Source: Solirubrobacteraceae bacterium | GTDB taxonomy: Bacteria > Actinomycetota > Thermoleophilia > Solirubrobacterales > Solirubrobacteraceae | DNA: 64,000 bases | Direction: 5' to 3' | Assembly: GCA_036269095.1 (NCBI GenBank) | Contig: DATASU010000014.1 | Coordinates: 27-64,026, forward strand | Shown here: positions 45,315 to 55,756 of the stretch, piece by piece | Layout of the letters: each line of letters opens with the position of its first letter | Position numbering within the stretch: position 1 is the stretch's first letter | The notes under the pieces: generated by a model | Databases searched by the model: none | The model's input: only the letters and a program-made list of their open reading frames with translations | What the model was told of the DNA's origin: nothing | Translations under genes and position numbers: made by a program

Positions 45315-47546
45315 ATGAGAAATATCGCTACCTGGTGCGTCCGGCACCGCAAGACCGTCCTTGCAGGCTGGCTGGTTGCCCTGATCGCACTCGGTGGAGC
45401 GCTCTCGAGCGCGGGCTCGGGCTATGAGAACAGCTTCGGCCTCAAGGGGACTCAGAGCTATGAGGCCCAGCAGTTGCTCAAGCAGGCGGCGCCGAAGGCC
45501 GCGGGTGACCGCGAGCAGATCGTGATCGCCGTCAACTCCGGCTCGCTCAAGAGCCCGGCCGTCAAGCGCCGCGCCGAGCGAATGCTCGCGCGCGTCGCCA
45601 AGCTGCCCGAGGTCGCCGCGATCGTTTCTCCCTACAGCTCGGTGGGTGCCGGCCAGATCTCGAAGTCCGGGCGGGTCGCGTTCGCCAACGTGACGATGAC
45701 CAAGCTCGCGACGAGCTTCTCGGTCGCGCAGTCCCGGCAGTTCGTCAACAGCGCACGCGCCGGCGCCGGCAGCGGCCTGCAGGTCGCGGTCGCCGGTCAG
45801 GTGGCCGAGCAGAGCGAGCCGGGAAACGACTCGAGCGCCGGGCTCGGCGCGCTCGCCGCACTCGTGGTGCTGCTGCTCGTGTTCGGATCGCTGCTGGCGG
45901 CATTGCTGCCGCTGCTGACGGCCGGACTCGCGCTCGGCGTCGGCGTGTCCGTGATCGGACTGCTGTCAAACGTGATCACGATGGCGAGCTTCAGCTCGCA
46001 GCTCTCGATCCTGATCGGGCTCGGTGTCGGTGTCGACTACGCGCTGTTCATCGTCACCCGTCACCGCCAGGGACTGCAACAGGGCAAAACGGTCGAGGAG
46101 GCGATCGTCGACGCGCTCGACACCTCCGGCCGCGCGGTGCTGTTCGCCGGGATCACCGTCTGCATCGCACTGCTCGGGATGTTCGCGCTCGGTGTCAGCT
46201 TCCTCTACGGCGTCGCGATCGCGGCCGCGGTCGTCGTCTCCTTCACCGTGCTCGCGGCGCTGACGCTGCTGCCCGCGATGCTCGGCTTCATGGGCACCAG
46301 GGTGCTCGGCCGACGTGGCCGGCGCAAGCTGGCTGACGGCCAGCGGGCCGTCAGCCATGGTGGTGGCTTCTGGGTGCGCTGGACCGGCGCGCTCGAGCGG
46401 CGCCCGCTCGCCTTCGCGCTCGCCGCGCTGCTCGTGATGGGCACACTTGCCGCTCCTTTCTTCTCGATGCGCCTCGGCTCCTCGGACGCAAGCTCGGATC
46501 CCGCGGGCACGACCACGCGCCAGGCCTATGAGCTGCTCGCCAAGGGCTTCGGCGCCGGCTACAACGGGCCGCTGCAGCTGGTCGCCGAGGTCAGCGACGC
46601 GAACCAGAAGCGGGCCTTCGACAACACGCTTACTGCGGTCGCGCACACGGCCGGAGTTGCCGCTGCAACACCGGCCGTGACCCTGCCGGGCTCGAGTCAC
46701 GGCAAGGCGGTCGTGTTCGCCAACGTGTACCCCGACGGCTCGCCGCAGGCGGCCTCAACCAGCTCGCTGCTGACGCGCCTGCGTGACGGCGTGATCCCCG
46801 CGAGCGCCAAGCACACCGGCCTGAAGGTCCTGGTCGGCGGCCAGACCGCGATCTTTGCTGACTTCGCCAGCGTGCTCTCCAGCAAGCTGCCGCTGTTCAT
46901 CGGCGTGGTCGTGCTGCTCTCGTTCCTGCTGCTCGCGGCGGTCTTCCGCAGCATCGCGATCCCGCTGATGGCCGCCGCAATGAACATGCTCTCGGCGGGC
47001 GCCGCATTCGGAGTCCTGGTCGCCGTGTTCCAGTGGGGCTGGCTCGACTCGCTGCTCGGCGTCAGCCAGACCGGGCCGATCGAGGCGTTCGTCCCCGTGA
47101 TGATGTTCGCGATCCTGTTCGGCCTGTCGATGGACTATGAGGTGTTCCTCGTCAGCCGCATCTATGAGGAGTGGCACCGCACCGGTGACAACCGCCTCGC
47201 GGTGACCCGCGGTCTGCAGGCCACCGGGCGCACGATCAGCGCCGCCGCCATGATCATGGTGCTGGTGTTCGGCTCGTTCCTGCTCGGTGGGCAGGTGGTG
47301 ATCAAGATGTTCGGGCTCGGACTCGCCGGTGCCGTGCTGCTTGACGCGGCGATCGTGCGGATGGCCCTGGTGCCGGCGCTGATGCTGCTGCTCGGCGAGC
47401 GCAACTGGGCACTGCCGGGTTGGCTCGATCGCGTGCTCCCGCACCTCAACGTCGAGGGTTCGGTCGCCGCGCCGGACGCGGAGCACCACCACCATTCGCA
47501 CCCGCATCTGCGGCCGCCGCTGCGGCCCCAGCCCGCCGAGAGCTGA
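45315..47546 (+). CDS. MMPL/RND family transporter
   Basis: GVGVDYALFIVTR and FGLSMDYEVFLVSRI; His-rich C-tail. Confidence 0.95.
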   Translation: MRNIATWCVRHRKTVLAGWLVALIALGGALSSAGSGYENSFGLKGTQSYEAQQLLKQAAPKAAGDREQIVIAVNSGSLKSPAVKRRAERMLARVAKLPEVAAIVSPYSSVGAGQISKSGRVAFANVTMTKLATSFSVAQSRQFVNSARAGAGSGLQVAVAGQVAEQSEPGNDSSAGLGALAALVVLLLVFGSLLAALLPLLTAGLALGVGVSVIGLLSNVITMASFSSQLSILIGLGVGVDYALFIVTRHRQGLQQGKTVEEAIVDALDTSGRAVLFAGITVCIALLGMFALGVSFLYGVAIAAAVVVSFTVLAALTLLPAMLGFMGTRVLGRRGRRKLADGQRAVSHGGGFWVRWTGALERRPLAFALAALLVMGTLAAPFFSMRLGSSDASSDPAGTTTRQAYELLAKGFGAGYNGPLQLVAEVSDANQKRAFDNTLTAVAHTAGVAAATPAVTLPGSSHGKAVVFANVYPDGSPQAASTSSLLTRLRDGVIPASAKHTGLKVLVGGQTAIFADFASVLSSKLPLFIGVVVLLSFLLLAAVFRSIAIPLMAAAMNMLSAGAAFGVLVAVFQWGWLDSLLGVSQTGPIEAFVPVMMFAILFGLSMDYEVFLVSRIYEEWHRTGDNRLAVTRGLQATGRTISAAAMIMVLVFGSFLLGGQVVIKMFGLGLAGAVLLDAAIVRMALVPALMLLLGERNWALPGWLDRVLPHLNVEGSVAAPDAEHHHHSHPHLRPPLRPQPAES

Positions 47547-47610
47547 CGGCTGACGCGCGTCACCGGTGCTGGTCACGACCGGTGACGCGCGGACCCGCCA
47601 GAATCTGCGC

Positions 47611-50600
47611 ATGTTCAGCAAGATTCTGGTGGCCAACCGTGGTGAGATCGCGATTCGCGCGTTCCGGGCCGCGTTCGAGCTCGGCGCCCGTACGGTCGCG
47701 GTCTACACCTGGGAGGATCGCGCTTCGCTGCACCGCCAGAAGGCAGACGAGGCCTATCTGATCGGTGAGCGCGGCCATCCCGTGCGCGCGCACCTGGACA
47801 TCGACGAGATCATCCGCGTGGCGACGCTGTCGGGAGCCGACGCGATCTATCCCGGTTACGGCTTCCTGTCCGAGAGCCCCGAGCTGGCGCGCGCCGCCGC
47901 CGCTGCCGGGATCACGTTCATCGGGCCGAGCGCCGAGGTGCTCGAGCGCGCGGGCAACAAGGTGACGGCCAAGGAGCACGCGGTGACCGCCGGTGTTCCG
48001 GTGCTCGCCTCGAGCCCGGCGACGACCGACATGCGGACGCTGCTCGAGGCCGCCGATGAGATCGGCTTCCCGGTGTTCGCCAAGGCCGTCGCCGGCGGTG
48101 GCGGGCGCGGGATGCGGCGCGTCGAGACCCGTGAGGAGCTCGAGCCCGCGCTCGAGTCGGCGATGCGCGAGGCCGAGACGGCGTTCGGTGACGGCGCGAT
48201 GTTCATCGAGCAGGCGGTGCTGCGCCCGCGTCACATCGAGGTCCAGATCCTCGCCGACGCCGAGGGTGACACGATCCACCTGTTCGAGCGCGATTGCTCG
48301 ATCCAGCGCCGCCACCAGAAGGTCGTCGAGATCGCGCCCGCCCCGAATCTCGATCCCGCGATCAGGCAGGCGATCCTCGGCGACGCGGTCGCCTTCGCGC
48401 GTTCGATCGGGTACGTCAATGCCGGCACCGTCGAGTTCCTGCTGGACACCGCCGGCCCGCGCGCGGGCAGGCACGTGCTGATCGAGATGAACCCGCGGAT
48501 CCAGGTCGAGCACACCGTGACCGAGGAGGTCACCGACGTCGACCTCGTGCAGTCCCAGATGCGGATCGCATCGGGCGAGACGCTCGCCGATCTGGGGCTC
48601 GCCCAGGACGCGGTCCACGTCCGCGGCGCCGCGCTGCAATGCCGGATCACGACCGAGGACCCCTGGCACGGGTTCCGTCCCGACACCGGACGCATCACCA
48701 CCTACCGCTCGCCCGGCGGCGCCGGCATCCGGCTCGACGGCGGCACCGTCAACGCCGGCGTGTACGTGAGCTCGCACTTCGACTCTATGCTCGCGAAGAT
48801 GACGGCGCGCGGCGCCGATTTCCCGACGGCCGTGCGCCGGGCCAAGCGCGGACTGGCCGAGTTCCGGATCCGCGGGCTCGCCACCAACATTCCCTTCATC
48901 CAGGCGCTGCTCGAGGATCCCGCGTTCGTCGCCGGCGACCTCTCGACGTCGTTCATCGAGGAGCGACCGGAGCTGCTCGAGCCGCGCGAATCGGCCGACC
49001 GCGGGACCAAGGTCATCACCTGGCTGGCCGATGTCACGGTAAACCAGCCGAACGGGGCCAACCCCGGGACGATCGATCCGGGTCTGAAGCTGCCCGCGAT
49101 CGACCTCGCGCAGCCGGTCCCGTCCGGCTCGCGCCAGCGCCTGCTCGAGCTCGGCCCGGCCGGCTTCGCGGCCGCGCTGCGTGCCCAGAAGACGCTCGCG
49201 GTCACCGACACCAGCTTCCGCGACGCGCACCAGAGCCTGCTCGCGACACGCGTGCGCACGCGTGACCTCGTGCACGTGCTGCCGCACGTCGCGCGGATGA
49301 CCCCGCAGCTGCTCTCGATCGAGGCCTGGGGTGGCGCGACCTACGACGTCACGCTGCGGTTCCTCGGCGAGGATCCCTGGGAACGGCTCGACGCGATCCG
49401 CGAGGGCCTGCCGAACATCTGCGTGCAGATGCTGCTGCGTGGCCGCAACACGGTCGGTTACACGCCCTACCCGGAGGCCGTCACGAGGGCCTTCGTGCAG
49501 GAGGCAGCGAGCTCCGGGATCGATCTATTCCGGATCTTCGACGCGCTCAACGACGTCTCGCAGATGCGTCCCGCGATCGACGCCGTGCTCGCGACCGGCA
49601 CGGCGCTGGCCGAGGTCGCGATCTGCTACTCGGGCGATCTGCTCGACCCCGCCGAGGATCTCTACACGCTCGACTACTACCTCGCGCTGGCCGAGCGTGT
49701 CGCGGACAGCGGTGCCCACATCCTCGCGATCAAGGACATGGCCGGGCTGCTGCGGGCGGGGGCGGCGGAGCAGCTGATCGGCGCGCTGCGCGAGCGCTTC
49801 CCCGAGCTGCCGATCCACGTCCACACCCACGACACGCCGGGCGGGCAGCTCGCGACGCTGCTGGCGGCCGCCCGTGCCGGTGCCGACGCCGTCGACGCGG
49901 CCAGCGCTCCGATGTCTGGCACCACCAGCCAGCCGTCGCTGTCGGCGCTCGTGGCCGCGACCGCGCACACCGAACACGACACCGGGCTGAGCCTGCAGGC
50001 CGTCAGCGACCTCGAGCCCTACTGGGAGGCGGTGCGCAACGTCTACCGGCCGTTCGAGTCGGGCCTGCCGGCACCGACCGGCCGCGTCTACAAGCATGAG
50101 ATCCCGGGTGGCCAGCTCTCGAACCTGCGCCAGCAGGCGATCTCACTCGGGCTCGGCGATCACTTCGAGAAGATCGAGGACTGGTACGCCGCCGCCAACC
50201 GCATCCTCGGCCGGCCGACGAAGGTCACCCCGTCCTCAAAGGCCGTCGGCGATCTGGCGCTGCAGCTCGTCGCCGCCGACGCCGACCCCGCCGACTTCGA
50301 GGCACACCCCGAGCGCTACGACATCCCGGATTCGGTGATCGGCTTCCTCGCGGGCGAGCTCGGCGACCTGCCCGGGGGCTGGCCCGAGCCGTTCCGCACG
50401 AAGGTGCTCGAGGGTCGCAAAGTCAGCATCGGCGAGACGCCGCTCGATTCAGAGGACGCCGCCAAGCTGGCACCCGACAACGATCGGGTCACGCGCCGGG
50501 CGACCCTGAACCGGTTGCTGTTCCCCGGCCCGACCGAGCAGCGCGAGCAGTTCGTCAAGCGCTACGGCGACCTCTCGCCGGTTGAGAGCGTCGACTACCT

Positions 50601-51018
50601 CTACGGCCTCACGCAGGACGTCGAGGCATCGGTCACCGTCGCCAAGGGCGTGCAGCTCTACGTCGGCCTCGAGGCGATCTCAGAGCCCGACGATCACGGC
50701 TACCGCACGGTGATGGTCACGCTCAACGGCCAGCTGCGCCCGATCAACGTGCGCGACCGAAGCGTGCAGGTCGACGTCAAGGAAGCCGAGAAGGCCGATC
50801 CCGAGAAGCCGGGGCACATCCCCGCGCCGTTTGCGGGCAGCGCCACCGTCAAGGTGCTCGAGGGCGAGCATGTCGAGGCCGGCCAGCCGGTCGCGATGAT
50901 CGAGGCGATGAAGATGGAGGCGACGATCACGACCCCGGTGTCGGGAACGGTGACGCGTGTGCTGTTGAGCGAGACGTCGCACGTCGAAGCCAAGGATCTG
51001 ATGCTCGAGATCACCTGA
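47611..51018 (+). CDS. pyc: Pyruvate carboxylase
   Basis: KILVANRGEIA, RDCSIQRRHQK, FRDAHQS, IKDMAG, biotin motif EAMKM. Confidence 0.97.
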   Translation: MFSKILVANRGEIAIRAFRAAFELGARTVAVYTWEDRASLHRQKADEAYLIGERGHPVRAHLDIDEIIRVATLSGADAIYPGYGFLSESPELARAAAAAGITFIGPSAEVLERAGNKVTAKEHAVTAGVPVLASSPATTDMRTLLEAADEIGFPVFAKAVAGGGGRGMRRVETREELEPALESAMREAETAFGDGAMFIEQAVLRPRHIEVQILADAEGDTIHLFERDCSIQRRHQKVVEIAPAPNLDPAIRQAILGDAVAFARSIGYVNAGTVEFLLDTAGPRAGRHVLIEMNPRIQVEHTVTEEVTDVDLVQSQMRIASGETLADLGLAQDAVHVRGAALQCRITTEDPWHGFRPDTGRITTYRSPGGAGIRLDGGTVNAGVYVSSHFDSMLAKMTARGADFPTAVRRAKRGLAEFRIRGLATNIPFIQALLEDPAFVAGDLSTSFIEERPELLEPRESADRGTKVITWLADVTVNQPNGANPGTIDPGLKLPAIDLAQPVPSGSRQRLLELGPAGFAAALRAQKTLAVTDTSFRDAHQSLLATRVRTRDLVHVLPHVARMTPQLLSIEAWGGATYDVTLRFLGEDPWERLDAIREGLPNICVQMLLRGRNTVGYTPYPEAVTRAFVQEAASSGIDLFRIFDALNDVSQMRPAIDAVLATGTALAEVAICYSGDLLDPAEDLYTLDYYLALAERVADSGAHILAIKDMAGLLRAGAAEQLIGALRERFPELPIHVHTHDTPGGQLATLLAAARAGADAVDAASAPMSGTTSQPSLSALVAATAHTEHDTGLSLQAVSDLEPYWEAVRNVYRPFESGLPAPTGRVYKHEIPGGQLSNLRQQAISLGLGDHFEKIEDWYAAANRILGRPTKVTPSSKAVGDLALQLVAADADPADFEAHPERYDIPDSVIGFLAGELGDLPGGWPEPFRTKVLEGRKVSIGETPLDSEDAAKLAPDNDRVTRRATLNRLLFPGPTEQREQFVKRYGDLSPVESVDYLYGLTQDVEASVTVAKGVQLYVGLEAISEPDDHGYRTVMVTLNGQLRPINVRDRSVQVDVKEAEKADPEKPGHIPAPFAGSATVKVLEGEHVEAGQPVAMIEAMKMEATITTPVSGTVTRVLLSETSHVEAKDLMLEIT

Positions 51019-51108
51019 ATCGTCGCGGCGTCGATTAATGCTGCGCCGCCAGCGATTGGGATACGGTCGGCAGGACTAAAAGCCACCTGCCGACGTCAGG
51101 AGGAGCAG

Positions 51109-51501
51109 ATGACCGGAACGCTGAAGGGTGCCTGCCTGTGTGGCGGTATCCAGTACGAGGTGACGGAACCGGGAGAAATGGGCTACTGCCACTGCACGCG
51201 TTGCCAGCGCTGGACCGGATCGAGTCTGGTCGGAGTCGTGGTCGCCGAACAGAACTTCACGGTCACCAGCGGAGCCGAGCTGGTGCAGCGCTACGAGAGC
51301 GAGTTTGCGCCACGCCACTTCTGCCGGCACTGCGGCTCGAGCCTGTATGACGACCTCGGCGGCGGAACGTACTTTGTCGCGGCCGGACTGATGCGCGAGC
51401 TGGACCTCACGCCGAGCTTCCATCTGCAGGTCGCGTATAAAGCGCCCTGGGAGTCGATCGGTGACGGCGCTCCCCAGTTCGACGAGAACCCGCCCGCTTG
51501 A
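51109..51501 (+). CDS. GFA/CENP-V family Zn protein
   Basis: CLCG, CHCTRCQR, FCRHCGS. Confidence 0.92.
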   Translation: MTGTLKGACLCGGIQYEVTEPGEMGYCHCTRCQRWTGSSLVGVVVAEQNFTVTSGAELVQRYESEFAPRHFCRHCGSSLYDDLGGGTYFVAAGLMRELDLTPSFHLQVAYKAPWESIGDGAPQFDENPPA

Positions 51502-51529
51502 GTTCTCGGACACAAAGGAGGCCGCGTCA

Positions 51530-52636
51530 GTGAAGATCCGCGCAGCAGTGCTCGAGCAGTTCGGCAAGCCGCTGAACGTCACCGAGGTCGACCTTGCCGA
51601 GCCCAGAGCCGGGGAGGTGCTGGTGCGCCTGGTCGCGTGTGGTGTCTGCCACACCGACCTCTACACCGCCTCCGGTGTCGATCCCTCGGGCTATGCGCCG
51701 ACCGTGCTCGGCCATGAGGGCGCCGGCGTCGTCGAGAAGCTCGGCCCGGGGGTCGACTCGCTGAGCGTCGGCGACCACGTGGTCACGCTGTTCTCACCAC
51801 AGTGCCGCGAGTGCGAGCACTGCCGCAGTGGCCGCACCAATCTCTGCCTGGCGATCCGCGAGCAGCAGAACAAGGGCTACCTGCCCGATGGGACCACCCG
51901 CCTCTCTCGCGACGGCGAGCCGATCCGCCATTTCATGGGCACCTCGACCTTCGCCGAGTACACCGTCATGCCCGAGATCGCGCTGGCCAAGGTCCGCGCG
52001 GACGCGCCACTCGAGGCGGCCTGCCTGTTCGCCTGCGGTCTCTCGACCGGACTCGGAGCGGCGATGTTCACGGCCGAGGTTCGGCCCGGGTCGACCTGTG
52101 TCGTGTTCGGCGCCGGCATGGTCGGACTCGGAGCCGTCGCCGGATGCCGGTTGCAGGGCGCCGAGCGGATCATCTGCGTCGACCTCTCAGATGACCGCCT
52201 GCAGATGGCGGCCGCGCAGGGTGCAACCGACCTCTGGCAGGCGGGGCCGGACGTCGTCGCCCGGATCCAGGAGGCGACGCGCGGCTTCGGTGCCGACTAC
52301 ACGTTTGAGGCGACCGGTCGCGTCGACGTGATGCAGCAGGCGGCCGAAGCGGCGCGCATGGGCTGGGGCCTGTGCACCGTCGCCGGCGTCGCCGGCAAGG
52401 GCGAGACGCTCGACGTGATCCCGCGCTGGCTGATCCAGGGGCGGCGCATCGCCGGGTCCTCATTCGGCGGCGTCAGGGGCCGCGATCAGGTGCCCGAGCT
52501 GATCGACCGCTACATGGCGGGCGACATCGACGTCGAGGCGTTCATCTCCCATCGCATCACCCTCGATCAGGTCAACGAGGGGTTCGAGCTGATGGAGGCC
52601 CAGGACGGCATTCGCAGCGTGATCGACTTCGGCTGA
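51530..52636 (+). CDS. Class III-like Zn alcohol/formaldehyde dehydrogenase
   Basis: CHTD, GHEGAG, CRECEHC..GRTNLC, FMGTSTFAEY, GSSFGG. Confidence 0.9.
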   Translation: MKIRAAVLEQFGKPLNVTEVDLAEPRAGEVLVRLVACGVCHTDLYTASGVDPSGYAPTVLGHEGAGVVEKLGPGVDSLSVGDHVVTLFSPQCRECEHCRSGRTNLCLAIREQQNKGYLPDGTTRLSRDGEPIRHFMGTSTFAEYTVMPEIALAKVRADAPLEAACLFACGLSTGLGAAMFTAEVRPGSTCVVFGAGMVGLGAVAGCRLQGAERIICVDLSDDRLQMAAAQGATDLWQAGPDVVARIQEATRGFGADYTFEATGRVDVMQQAAEAARMGWGLCTVAGVAGKGETLDVIPRWLIQGRRIAGSSFGGVRGRDQVPELIDRYMAGDIDVEAFISHRITLDQVNEGFELMEAQDGIRSVIDFG

Positions 52637-52733
52637 CGGGGCACCCGCCGATCCACATGTTTGCGATCATCGCGCGCACCTCGTCGAGCGTGGCGCCGTT
52701 CAGCTCGCGGGTCTAACCCCGCCCACCGGTACC

Positions 52734-54284
52734 GTGGGCTTTGTGACGCTCGAGCAGCAGGAGCCGGCCGCCGAGGCCGCCGTGCCCGACCCCGGCCCCG
52801 TCGGCGACGCTCACGCCGAGCGCCTCAGGCGCCTTGCGTTCAGCGCGATCCTGCTGACGACGCTGCTGGCCGCACTCGATCAGTCGATCGTCTCGACGGC
52901 GCTGCCGCGGATCGTCGGCGACCTCGGCGGCTTCAGCGACCTCTCCTGGGTCGTGAGCGCGTACCTGCTCGCCTCGACCGTGACGATTCCGCTGTACGGC
53001 AAGCTCTCCGACATCTACGGACGGCGGCTGCTGTTCGCGATCGCGATCACGGTCTTTCTGGTCGGTTCGATGCTCTGCGGGCTGGCCTCGACGATGGGCG
53101 AGCTGATCGCGTTCCGCGGCATTCAGGGCCTCGGTGCCGGTGGCCTGATCCCGCTCGCCCAGGCGGCGATCGGCGATCTCTACTCCGCACGCGAGCGCGG
53201 GCGCTATCAGGGCTACGTCGCATCGATGTGGGGGATCGCGGCGGTCACGGGACCGCTTGCGGGCGGCACCCTGACCGAGGCGATCTCATGGCGCTGGATC
53301 TTCTACATAAACCTGCCGCTGGGACTGATCGCGCTGGCGGTCGTGGTCAAGACGCTGAGCGGTTCGCGCAGCCGCGATCACCGGATCGACTACGCCGGCG
53401 CCCTGACGCTCGGGCTCTCGCTCGGGGCGATCCTGATCGCCTGCGCCTGGTCCGGGACCACCTATCCGATGGGCTCGGCACAGGTCGTCGGTCCGTTCGT
53501 CGCGGGGCTGCTCGGGCTCTGCCTGTTCGCCGCGATCGAGCGCCGCGCGAGCGAGCCGATCGTTCCGGTCGCGCTGTTGCGCAACCGCATCTTCGTCGCC
53601 GCCGGCGGCGGCTACTTCGTCGTCGGCGCGCTGCTGTTCGCGGTCACGATCTACATCCCCGTCTACCTACAGGACGTCCGCGGCAACAGCCCGACCGTCT
53701 CAGGTCTGACGACGATGGCCTACACGATCGGCTGGGTCGTCGTGGCGTTCATCGTCGGGCGGATGATCACGCGCACCGGCCGCTACCGGATCTTCCCGAT
53801 CGCCGGGACGATCTGTGCCGCCGCCGGCGTGGCGCTGCTGCTGCTCGTCGGCCGCACGACCGGCCGCTTCGAGCTGTGTGCGTTCCTCGTGCTCGGCGGC
53901 GCGGGCATGGGCCTGACCGTCGCTCCCTACCTGGTCGGCACCCAGAACGCGATCGAGCCGCAGGTGATCGGCGCCGCGACCGCCGCGCTGAACCTCGTCA
54001 GAGCGATCGGCGCGAGCCTCGCCGTCTCGATCCTGGGGGCACTGCTCGCCAGCCGCGCGCGCTCGGTTCTGGAGAGCCGGCTCGGCGATCGCGCCAAGGC
54101 GGTCGACATCGGCCGCCTGATCAACGGCGGCACCAACACCTCGGCCCATCACTCGGCCGCGATCGGCGATGCGCTGCTCAGCGGTATGCACCGTGTCTTC
54201 CTGGTCGCGGCGATCGTCGGCATCGCCGGCGTCGTGTGCGCACTCGCGCTCGAGGAACGCCCGCTCAGCACTCAGCGGCACTAG
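52734..54284 (+). CDS. MFS drug:H+ antiporter (DHA2/EmrB)
   Basis: LDQSIVSTALP, YGKLSDIYGRR, WRWIFYINLP. Confidence 0.93.
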   Translation: MGFVTLEQQEPAAEAAVPDPGPVGDAHAERLRRLAFSAILLTTLLAALDQSIVSTALPRIVGDLGGFSDLSWVVSAYLLASTVTIPLYGKLSDIYGRRLLFAIAITVFLVGSMLCGLASTMGELIAFRGIQGLGAGGLIPLAQAAIGDLYSARERGRYQGYVASMWGIAAVTGPLAGGTLTEAISWRWIFYINLPLGLIALAVVVKTLSGSRSRDHRIDYAGALTLGLSLGAILIACAWSGTTYPMGSAQVVGPFVAGLLGLCLFAAIERRASEPIVPVALLRNRIFVAAGGGYFVVGALLFAVTIYIPVYLQDVRGNSPTVSGLTTMAYTIGWVVVAFIVGRMITRTGRYRIFPIAGTICAAAGVALLLLVGRTTGRFELCAFLVLGGAGMGLTVAPYLVGTQNAIEPQVIGAATAALNLVRAIGASLAVSILGALLASRARSVLESRLGDRAKAVDIGRLINGGTNTSAHHSAAIGDALLSGMHRVFLVAAIVGIAGVVCALALEERPLSTQRH

Positions 54285-54347
54285 CGGCACGCCGTTCCGG
54301 ATCGGGGCACCATACCCGCGGCCCAGCGGGGCCGCGGTCGCCGCGAC

Positions 54348-55073
54348 TCACCCGCTGAGCGGCGCGCGGCGATTGATGATCAGGTCAAAGGCGTCGGCCA
54401 CGTGCCACTCGTCGGACTCCATCACCGCGAGCCCGTCGTTGTCACGGTCGACCTGATGGATGTGCAGCAGTGGCGCCCCGCGCTTGACCTTGAGGTGCCG
54501 GGCGAGCCGCGCGTCGGCGACCGTCGGCATCAGCTTCGATGTCGCGCGCACGACGTGATGGCCGGCCATGTCGAGCACCGCATAGAGCGAGTGGCTCAGC
54601 ATCTCCTCGCTCGGATCGCCGATCACGTCGGCGGGGATCCGGTCGCGTGAGTAGATCAGCGGCCGTCCGTCGCCGAGCCTGATGCGTTCGACCTCGAGCA
54701 GGCTCTGGTCGCCATCGAGCTCGAGCGCCAGCGCCTCCTCCTGGGTCGCCGCGCGCCATGTCATCCGCAGCACGGTTTCGCTGGGCTCGAGCCCGGCCTC
54801 CTGGATCATCGCCGTGTAGTAGACGTTGGTCTCGAGCGCGTGGCGGATCGGCGCGGAGGTGACGAATGTCCCGTTGCCCCGCTGCCGCGTCAGGTGGCCG
54901 GTCTCGATCAGGCTCTGGATCGCCTCGCGGATCGTCGGGCGGCTGACCTCGAAGCGGTCGGCCAGCTCATATTCGTTGGGCAGCTTGTCGCCGACAACCA
55001 GCCGGCCGCTGCCGATCTGGTCGAGCAGATCGGTGCGGACCTGATCGACCAGGGATGGTCTCCCTCTGCTCAC
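54348..55073 (-). CDS. GntR/HutC regulator with UTRA domain
   Basis: LPNEYELADRFEVSRPTIREA...GNGTFV; UTRA-like C-terminus. Confidence 0.93.
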   Translation of the reverse strand: MSRGRPSLVDQVRTDLLDQIGSGRLVVGDKLPNEYELADRFEVSRPTIREAIQSLIETGHLTRQRGNGTFVTSAPIRHALETNVYYTAMIQEAGLEPSETVLRMTWRAATQEEALALELDGDQSLLEVERIRLGDGRPLIYSRDRIPADVIGDPSEEMLSHSLYAVLDMAGHHVVRATSKLMPTVADARLARHLKVKRGAPLLHIHQVDRDNDGLAVMESDEWHVADAFDLIINRRAPLSG

Positions 55074-55756
55074 GAACCGATTGTCGCCTCTGAGCAGGCG
55101 TCAAGCACGGCCGCGACCTGGGCCGGGACCGACGGCGCGCCCGGGAGCTTGCCCTCGAAGATCGCTCCGCCGATCGTGAATCCCCAGGCTCCGGCGGCCG
55201 CGACCGCCCGAATCTGCTCGAAGCTGGTGATCGAGCCCGCGACGATGACCGGGCCGCGGCACGCGGCGACGACCTCACGCGTGAGCGCGACCGGGTCGGT
55301 GCCTTGGTGGCGGTAGGCGAGCAGATCGACGCCGTGGACGTCATCGCGCGCGGTCATCGCGGCCGCATGCGCCGCGATCTCGGCCGGTTCGCCCTCGAGG
55401 ATGCTCGGGTGACCGACGACGGTCCCGGGGAACGGGCAGTAGCGGATTTCTGTGCCGTGCAGCAGCGGCGCGGCCTGATCGCTGTTGGTGCCGCCGAGCA
55501 CCCAGTCAACGCCGATCTGCTTGGCCGCGCTGACCGACCGCAGCTCGCTCTGCACCGAGGTCGAGACGACCTCGAGCATCACCTCGAGTCCGGCGGCATG
55601 GGCCCCGGCCGTCACCTGCCTGAGCGTCTCCACCGGCTGGCCGATGTCCTTGAAGCCGATGTAGCGCAGACCGCTGTGCTTGACCTGCTCGAGCACATCG
55701 AGCGCCTCCGGGATCGTCGCGTCGTCGTGAGTCAGCATGAAGATGAATTCGATCAT
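55070..55756 (-). CDS. Uncharacterised phosphate-binding TIM-barrel protein
   Basis: IFMLT, IGFKDIG, VAGSI, GFTIGGAIF C-terminal phosphate-binding pattern; coupled within the operon. Confidence 0.65.
   Translation of the reverse strand: MIEFIFMLTHDDATIPEALDVLEQVKHSGLRYIGFKDIGQPVETLRQVTAGAHAAGLEVMLEVVSTSVQSELRSVSAAKQIGVDWVLGGTNSDQAAPLLHGTEIRYCPFPGTVVGHPSILEGEPAEIAAHAAAMTARDDVHGVDLLAYRHQGTDPVALTREVVAACRGPVIVAGSITSFEQIRAVAAAGAWGFTIGGAIFEGKLPGAPSVPAQVAAVLDACSEATIGS

Noticed and set aside
47560-49287. Long antisense ORFs (also 26068..27390, 35398..36909, 56733..58121, 58103..59536)
   Set aside because: Typical stop-poor shadow frames of high-GC genes; no family motifs.
52637-52715. Minus-strand fragment TRELNGATLDEVRAMIANMWIGG resembling a regulator C-terminus
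   Set aside because: Too short to support without a search; no start codon context.
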